This document shows positions 52,501 through 61,500 of a stretch of 64,000 nt of DNA, in pieces. This stretch comes from Podarcis liolepis (lineage: Eukaryota): the NCBI GenBank assembly GCA_965112155.1, contig OZ218107.1; one strand, written 5' to 3'. Each line of letters begins with the position of its first letter. Within the stretch, counting starts at the first letter, position 1. The position numbers were made by a program, and so were the translations under genes. The notes beneath the pieces were generated by a model. The model was not told the origin of the DNA, did no database searches, and worked only from the letters and a program-made list of their open reading frames with translations.

Positions 52501-55500
52501 TAAACATTAAAATATGGATGAGCACTGTAAAGCTGTCTATTACAGAACTGACATAGCCATTTCTCCTTCTGAGCTTCAGCTGACATCACAAAACACATAG
52601 CCTATCTGGTTAATTATGAGGTCACTAAACTTTTTAAAAGTCTATTTTCCTTTTGCTCCCTAAAACATTTAAGCTAAATGTAACAGAAATAGTAAGATCT
52701 AATTAAGCAAAACATGCTTACTGATTATCAGTTATTACTTTTACCTAAATTAGGGGATTTAATATTTATATCTATCAGGATGGTATTTGGTATTCTATCA
52801 GGTTGGTATTTAGGAGATCAAACACTGTCATAAAATAGGCCTTAGGCAGCCTTTCTGGAACTTTTGAAGTCACATTTTTTCATTCATGCCTTTAACAGAA
52901 GCTAAAGTAGCAAGACTGCATATACTATTTAGAATTTTGACCATTGACTGCTCAGCTTACACTCCCTTTGACATATGCACACCTACCAGAGGGTAAACCT
53001 TATTCAAAATGTATTTCTCATTTATTTCTAAGTAGACATGTACACCGCTTATACATGTCTCTTATTTAAAGTGGACAGTTCTCTATTTGAAAGTGTCTCC
53101 TATTTAAAGGGTTGTCCAGTCCAAGGTGATTCTTTTTAAATCAGAAGAAGGGCGAGCAGCGGTCTTGAACTGCCCACCATCAGTATGAGTAAGCTGGCAC
53201 ATAGGCCACCTGGTTAAAGATTCTGCATTTCTATTTAAAATAAAACAAACAGATTTTCCCACACTTGAAACATTTTATGTTCCTTTTCTGCTCCTTTGGA
53301 AATGGCAGCAATTTAGTATTAGGCCATTTTCCGACTGGTCCCTTTAGCATCTTCTCAAAATCACAAATGTCCCCCTAAGCCCCAAAACGGGACGCGGGTG
53401 GTGTTGTGGGTTAAACCACAGAGCCTAGGACTTGCTGATCATAAGGTCGGCGGTTCGAATCCCCGCAACGGGGTGAGCTCCCGTTGCTCGGTCCCTGCGC
53501 CTGCCAACCTAGCAGTTCAAAAGCACGTCAAAGTGCAAGTAGATAAATAGGTACCGCTACAGTGGGAAGGTAAACAGCGTTTCCGTGCGCTGCTCTGGTT
53601 CGTGAGAAGCGTCTTAGTCATGCTGGCCACATGACCCGGAAGCTGTATGCCCGCTCCCTCAGCCAATAAAGCGAGATGAGCGCCGCAACCCCAGAGTCGG
53701 CCACGACTGGACCTAATGGTCAGGGGTCCCTTTGCCTTTAAGCCCCAAAACGGTTGGCAATCATTGTAATACTTTATCTTCTGCATAGAAAATTAATTTT
53801 AGATACTTACTTCTAAATTTTGGTTGGATGATTTCACCCAAGAGTTCGATAAATAGATTAAGTAATAAGGGAGAGAATGGGCAGTCCTAGCAAGCACTCT
53901 TTTTAACCTAAAGGTTTCTAGTGGAACTTTGTTTACATATATTGAGACAGTAGGTTTAGAATACATTAGCTTAACCCAAGACATGAATGCGGAACCCATC
54001 CCTATTTTGATCAGTACCTGGAATAGTCTGACTTTTAAAAAAGGTAGGTCAATGTTCTTGGCTAAATGGAGAAATAGCATAATCAAATAAGAGAAAAATC
54101 AACTTGGGTAGCCAACTGACAATAATTGGCCAGCTTTCCAGTCAACACTTGAATTATGAAATGGGGGAGTAAAGGGGTCCAATAATGCTCATGAAGTGGA
54201 CCCGTAAGCTCCACTTCCTGCCTGACTTCCAATTTCACTGTCTCTTATTGGTCCTCATAAGACACAGTCCCTATTCTTATTGCTGAAATAGAATAACTAG
54301 GTCTACTTTCTCATGAGCATTATTTATTGGCACCTGTTACAAAACAAAGGAAGCGGGTGGCACTGTGGGTTAAACCACAGAGCCTAGGACTTGCCCATCA
54401 GGTCGGCAGTTCGAATCCCCGTGACTGGGTGAGCTCCAGTTCCTCGGTCCCTGCTCCTGCCAAACTAGCAGTTCAAAAGCATGCCAAAGTGCAAGTAGAT
54501 AAATAGGCACCACTCCAGCGTTTCTGTGTGCTGCTCTGGTTCGCCAGAAGCGGCTTAGTCATGCTGGCCACATGACCTGGAAGCTGTACGCCGGCTCCCT
54601 CGGTCAATAAAGCGAGATGAGCGCCGCAACCCCAGAGTCGGACACAACTGGACCTAATGGTCAGGGGTCCCTTTACCTTTACAAAACAAAGCATAGATCT
54701 GAAAAATCTTCATTGTTTTGCACTCACTAGTTCTCCAGAAAGGGAGAGACAATCTCTGTTCAGCCCTCCCTCCTATGCTGGGCTCACCAAAGAGAAAACC
54801 TTCCCGAAACAGAATCATCTGCTACAGCTTATCAGTGATGCACAGTGAATTATTTCTTTCATTAGTCAAGGTCCCTTTGGCCAGCAATCTCTCTGTACTA
54901 GTCTGTGTTCCTATTGCGGACAAAATAATATTCACATCGGTTTGCCTTGTTTTGCATGGGAATGTATTCTCAACACCCCTTCAACTCTACATAACTTCTC
55001 TCAGAATTCTGTACACTGATTTTATCCAATCTAGATCTTCACAAAGAAGCTGGCTAGGGCTATGCATTTCCTCGGCAGCAAAAGTTCACCATCTGCCCCC
55101 AAAGGTTCCACCCCAACAAGATAGAAAGCACCCCTTCTGTGTGCCAGCCCCAGAGTTAAATTGCAGCAAGGAATTAAGGAAGAAAATACAGGGAGGAGTC
55201 CAATAATGTGCTGTTTCTGGAGTCAGGGTTATTTTGGATTCCGACATAGCCCAAGTTAGCAAAGCTGTTTCCACTTGCCTAGACCAGAAAATGTACCTAG
55301 ATTCTAAGGTAGCCGGAATTGTGTGTCTGGAATCAGCTGACAAAACCCTGAGCAAGGACAGGCAGGCAAGCAACTAGTTAAAGTGAGATCTTCCCTGGGA
55401 TCTGCATGAATGAATCACAGGATAGATGGTTTGATACCAGCCAGCACAGTAAGGTAGCTTAAGGTAGGGAGGGATGGGAGGTCCCTGAATGGAAGTATGG

Positions 55501-58500
55501 AGGCAAATTAAGTCATCTCTGGAGCTTTCTAACACAGGAGCTAAGGAGATGCTTCACAAAAGATTGGTGGTGATGGTGAGATATATTTCAATCACTGATC
55601 CCAGGCCAAATTTAATGTTCAGAAATAATGCCTGTTTCTAAGTAGTTTTAACTATATTTAGCCCAAAGTAAATATTATTGAAATAAATGGGACTTCCTCA
55701 TGAGTAAACATAATAAGAATCACCCTCTAAACAAATTTATGTTAGACTCAGAGGTAATGGAATATGAGTAAGAAATTCCTACCACAAAAAACCGTTTGTG
55801 TTTATATTCTTTGAAAACAACCAAATATAACTTGAGAGTACAATAGTTAATTTGTTGTCTCAGACAAATGCTTACTACAAATCCAAGCTGTTAAAAAAGT
55901 TTTCAGTACTTTCATAGGCATTTTTACTTTATTTCTCTATTGCCTTTAGCTGAGATTCCTGCATTGCAATGGTTTGCACTAAAAACCCTTTGGGTTCTTT
56001 CCAACTCTACAGTTCAATGTTTCCAAATTAATCTAACCTGCTTCAAGTGGTTTTTCAGTGTTCTAAATTCCATTTCCAGACTTCTCAGCATTAACTCAAG
56101 TTGTTGTTTTTCTTCTGTTTGTTTATAGTACTGCTCCTCTTTCTTCCTTAACTGTTCTTGGTTTTCCTCGTACAACCTTTCAGCACTTGTCCTCTTTTCT
56201 TCTTGTTGTTTCAAAGAAAATCTGGCAAATAACCATTTTAAAAGACGTGTATGAATACAGAGGCAGGCATTTAATGTTAGGTAAAAAACCTCTATAGGAG
56301 ATGTTTGAGGCTATGTGCATGAGGGAGCTGTGCTTGTTTGCCCTGCTCCAGCCACCTGTTCATTAGACTATCATGTTTGCACAGTGACCTTTGTAGTATT
56401 TTTATTTTTATTTATTAAATTTGTTTACAGTCCTTCATCCATAGATCTCAGGGCAGTTTGCAACACAAAAACAGAAGCTAAGTAATAAAACATATGCACA
56501 CTGATAGCAACATTCGGCCTACACATTTTGGACTTAAGTACACAGGTCCCTGTGGAAATGTGACAATGTGCAGACATCAAGTGATGCCATTTCTGTATGT
56601 TGTTCCACTTTAATAACAGGCTACTCTAATCAAACCTTAGCTTAGCAATGCTGACTCCATCCTATGAAGTCTCCAACTTTTTACAGCAGAAGTATCTAAT
56701 AAAAAACTGGGACGCAGGTGGCGCTGTGGGTTAAACCACAGAGGCTAGGACTTGCCGATCAGAAGGTCGGCGGTTCGAATCCCCGTGACGGGGTGAGCTC
56801 CTGTTGCTCGGTCCCTGCTCCTGCCAACCTAGCAGTTCGAAAGCACGTCATGTGCAAGTAGATAAATAGGGACCGCTCCGTTCGAAAGCACGTCATGTGC
56901 AAGTATATAAATAGGGACCGCTCCGGCGGGAAGGTAAACGGTGTTTCCGTGCGCTGCTCTGGTTTGCCAGAAGTGGCTTAGTCATGCTGGCCACATGACT
57001 CGGAAGCTGTGTGCGGACAAACGCCGGCTCCCTCGGCTTATAGAGCGAGATGAGCGCGCAACCCCAGAGTCGGTCATGACTGGACCTAATGGTCAGGGTT
57101 ACCTTTACCTTTACTATCTAATAAAACTGATTCCTTTATTTATTTATTTTAGATTATCAGAATTGAATTTTTTTATGACAGCTTACTTGAGACTGCTGAT
57201 AGTACTTTCCCATTCAACTTTTTTATGATCCAGTGTAGATTTCATTTCTGTCATTTCTTCCAGTATTCTCTGTTGCTCTTTTTTCTCATTCTCAATTTTT
57301 TTTACTTTTCCTCGAAGATGAATAGAACATGCTCTTTCACGTTCAATTAAACTTTCATATTCATGACATATTTTTTGAATTTTCAGGAGACTCACAGAAT
57401 CTGCTTTGGGGGAAACAGTGTAGTATTAACTTACTTATTCAAAATTTTAATTCATAGCAACAAGAAAAAGTGAGTGATGTATAGCTTTATATCAATACCC
57501 TGGAAAAATGTGCTTGGAAAAAACACACACCTTGATTGTACTCTTGAGGTGTGATTCACATAAGGAATTCCTGGTAAGTTTAGGGTTCTGAATTCACCGC
57601 AGTGTTGAGGGCTGTGCTGCACATGCATTGTAAATGCACTTGCACTTCCAAGAATCTGGGCCTCAAGTGACAATGATGGCTATAGGAACACTCCCAGATT
57701 ATAAACCTGCTCCTTCAAGGGGAGTACAGCCTTGTTCAGAACAAGCTGTTCCACCAAATCTCAGACATAGGAATTACCCACCCACAGGACCACAGTCTTG
57801 TTTGGATTAAGGTTGAACTTACTGATCCACATTACTGTCTCCAGACAGTAATTCAGAACCTGCACTGCATCTTCTAATACTTATAGATGGGAGACACAGA
57901 GCTGAATGTCATCAACATACTGCTAGTTGTTTGGTCCAAATTCCCTGATGAGTGGTTGCTTTGTTGCTGCTGCTATTGCCAGGAGTTAAAAAGCCTTGTA
58001 GGTCTACTGCAAATCACCCAGAGGAGGACATACAACAAACATATTCAGATGGCCCCACCCTTACCCTGCCAATTAGATTTTAGGGGCATACAGGGTAAAA
58101 TAGAGGGAGAGGAAGTCTTGTTTACAAGAGCAAAAGTTGTGCAAGCAGGTTGACACTGTTGGGTGTTAAATTTATTTTGTTCTGAATATTATGGGTAACA
58201 ATAGCACTGTGCTTACCTTTACTATCCAAACTAAGTTTTTCTATCAACATCATAACTTCTCTATAGAATGAAGTAGGTAACTCAATATCGTCTGTAGGTG
58301 TATCTGAAGACGGAGTTAAGTCATCAAAATCATTGGCAACTCCCATTGCTCTATAGATCTTTAAGTAATAAATACATAATCAAATAAAGTAAAACATCAT
58401 AACAAATCAACCCATTTCTTTTTAACTATTAGGCCATAAATAGTGTTTCAAGAATACAGCAATAGCTCAGTTCAGCACAATTCAGTCAAATCAAACCATG

Positions 58501-61500
58501 ATCAGTTCACATGCTGGTTATTTCACTACAAAACACTTGAGAAGCATGACTGTCCTTGACCTTGGTGCCATGATCCTCCCCTCTTGTCCACATGCGAACA
58601 GATCTACAGTTTGGTCCTAAACAATGGCCTGATGTCCAATATGCAAGCAAACCAGGGTTTAGCTTGTTACACAAACCCATCTTTGCGCTACATCCAGGGT
58701 AGCCAACATGCTGCCTTCCAAATATTGGATTACAACTCCCATTGAAACTGACCATTTGCTATGCTGTTTGAGGCTGATGGGAGTTGTAGGCTGTGTCACA
58801 TTCTCTGTCAGCTCACCCACTTCCAAACAGTCTCTGGATTTTATGCCAAAGCATTAGTTGCATAATAGCGGTACACCTATATTGTCATTGGAAGGCTAGC
58901 TGAGAACTTGCCTACTTAACAACTTTCAAACAGCTCTTAGCTTTCCTAATAGTGCTGCTGATTTCTAACTCTCCAGGTGCTGGTATCCACACTTCTTCTC
59001 TCCCAATTTCTTTAACAGTCCTATATAGCCATGACCAGAATATTGGCATAATTTGCCCCTCATTCATATTATAGCTCATATCCAGTTCTGTATTAAAAGA
59101 AGTCATAAAAAGTTCCATTGGTCTGACTGAATCATTAAACTGACTTCCTGAAAGTGGCAGATTATGAGTGTCTAACTGCAAGTTATTTTGCTAGCAACCA
59201 CCAAGTGCAGATTGTTCCCACGCAGAGATCTCTTCACACATCCACATCCAAGGCTTGCTATAACTCATTCCTGCTTTTGCACAGCATGTCATGAGTGTGG
59301 CCACTCTTTCCTCCTCAAAAATTGGTGAAAATACCCTTGCCACTTATAGTTCTGTACAAATGTTTACAAGTTAAGGTAAAATTTTGACATTCTATTTCAC
59401 AGTACCTTTTTTGTTTCATTCACACTTCGGGCTTGATGTCTAGAAAACAAACATAACACTTTTCAGTATGAAAGTGTTGCAAGTAAACTACTTTTAACTT
59501 TAAAAATGTACACAAATTTTGTATCTGTATCTTTGGGCAGCAACTCAGTCTGTTTTGGAGCCACTTTGTGTGTTTCTAATTAGGCTCTTTATCTGGAACT
59601 ACATTAGATCTGTTAAAAACTAAACTGTTTCCCCATCATTCACTATAATGAGGAATCTAAAAACAGTACATATATTTTAACTTAAGTGGATGAAATTAGC
59701 AGCCCCTGTAGCAGCCCCAACAAAGTGCAGAAGCCTGTCAAATTTTAGGCAGATAAACCCAGTATGAGGGTGCGTGCAAGGCACTTTTAAAGTCTGATGT
59801 TTTAAAGTTTGATGTTTTAATTGAAATATTGTATTTAATTGTAACTTATTCATTTTTCTATCAGAACCAGATATAATTTGCAGACATGGTCATCCCCTTG
59901 ACTGTTTTTTGGTGGGTACAATAGGAAGCATAGGGGCAAGGTGTGAGTATGGAACTCCAAGAAATTAGAGTAGAGGAAAAATCACCCTCTTACACGCAAT
60001 GATCCTGCTATTCTAATGGCTCAGGGTAGTAGTGGTAAAAAGGGGAGGAGGCTGCTAGACACCCCCTCCCTGAGTTTGTGGGAATACAACTGAGATGTCC
60101 CTATTGACTTGCATAGGGGCAGACACAGATCCACAGTAAAAACACAGCTTTTAATTGTCCCACAACAAATCACTGTGATTGGAGTGCCCTGGGAAATAAT
60201 TAGGTAAAGGTAAAGGGACCCCTGACCACTAGGTTCAGTCGTGGCCGACTCTGGGGTTGTGGCGCTCATCTCACTTTATTGGCCGAGGGAGCCGGCATAC
60301 AGCTTCCGGGTCATGTGGCCAGCATGACTAAGCCGCTTCTGGCGAACCAGAGCAGCGCACGGAAACGCCGTTTACCTTCCCACCAGAGCGTTATCTATTT
60401 ATCTACTTGCACTTTGACGTGCTTTTGAACTGTTAGGTTGGCAGGAGCAGGGACCGAGCAACAGGAGCTCACCCCGTTGCGGGGATTCTAACCGCCGACC
60501 TTCTGATCAGCAAGTCCTAGGCTATGTGGTTTAACCCACAGCGCCACCCGCGTCCCTTTCGGGAAATAATTAACTGTGATTAAAAGTTAGACCTGTGTGT
60601 CTAAACCAGTGTTTCTCATACCTGGGGCCCCTGCTGTTGTTGGAATTCAACTCCCATTATTCCTAGCTAACAGGAACAGTGGTCTGGGATGATGGGAATT
60701 GTAGTCCAACAAAAGCTGGTACCCAAGTTTGTTGAATACTGGTCTAAACAAATGACCCCCACACCTCTTAAGCTCTGGGTATTTCCTGAGTCAGCTTCCT
60801 GAAATAATGAGGCATTTGAGTTGAGACTACAGAGACACTTGGAATCTTATGGAGTCTCTGTGAGGCTTTGAGACACTTTGTTAGAGGCACAGATTCAAAA
60901 ATATAAGGACAGATCCTGAATCACCTGATAATTCAGGGTACACAGAGAACTGATGCATAGCCATGGCAAATTCAAAATTAAACCAAATGCAAAATGGCAG
61001 CATGAACACAAAGCAAAGGCTTCTTCAGGAGAACTTGGAAGGCTCTGGTAAATCTGGAGATGCAATACTTGGCTAAATATATCACTGCCATTATTCCAAA
61101 TAACAAAGCTTTTTACACCCACCAAACAAGTAACATGCATTCAATGGTGGGATAAGCTCTGTCTTTAGAGCCTAATACTCTTGATTTCAGAGTTGTGGGT
61201 TCAAGTCCCATGTTGATATCCTGGATTGCAGGGGGTCGGACTAGATGACCCTCTACAATTCTATGATTCTAATGTTCTAAACCATGGGTAGGCAAACTAA
61301 GGCCTGGGTGCTGGATCCGGCCCAATTGCCTTCTCAATCCGGCCCGTGGACGGACCGGGAATCAGCGTGTTTTTACATGAGTAGAATGTGTCTTTTTATT
61401 TAAAATGCATCTCTGGGTTTTTTGTGGGGCATAGGAATTCGTTCTCTCTCCCCCCCCCCCAAAATATAATCTGACCCCCCACAAGGTTTGAGGGACGGTG

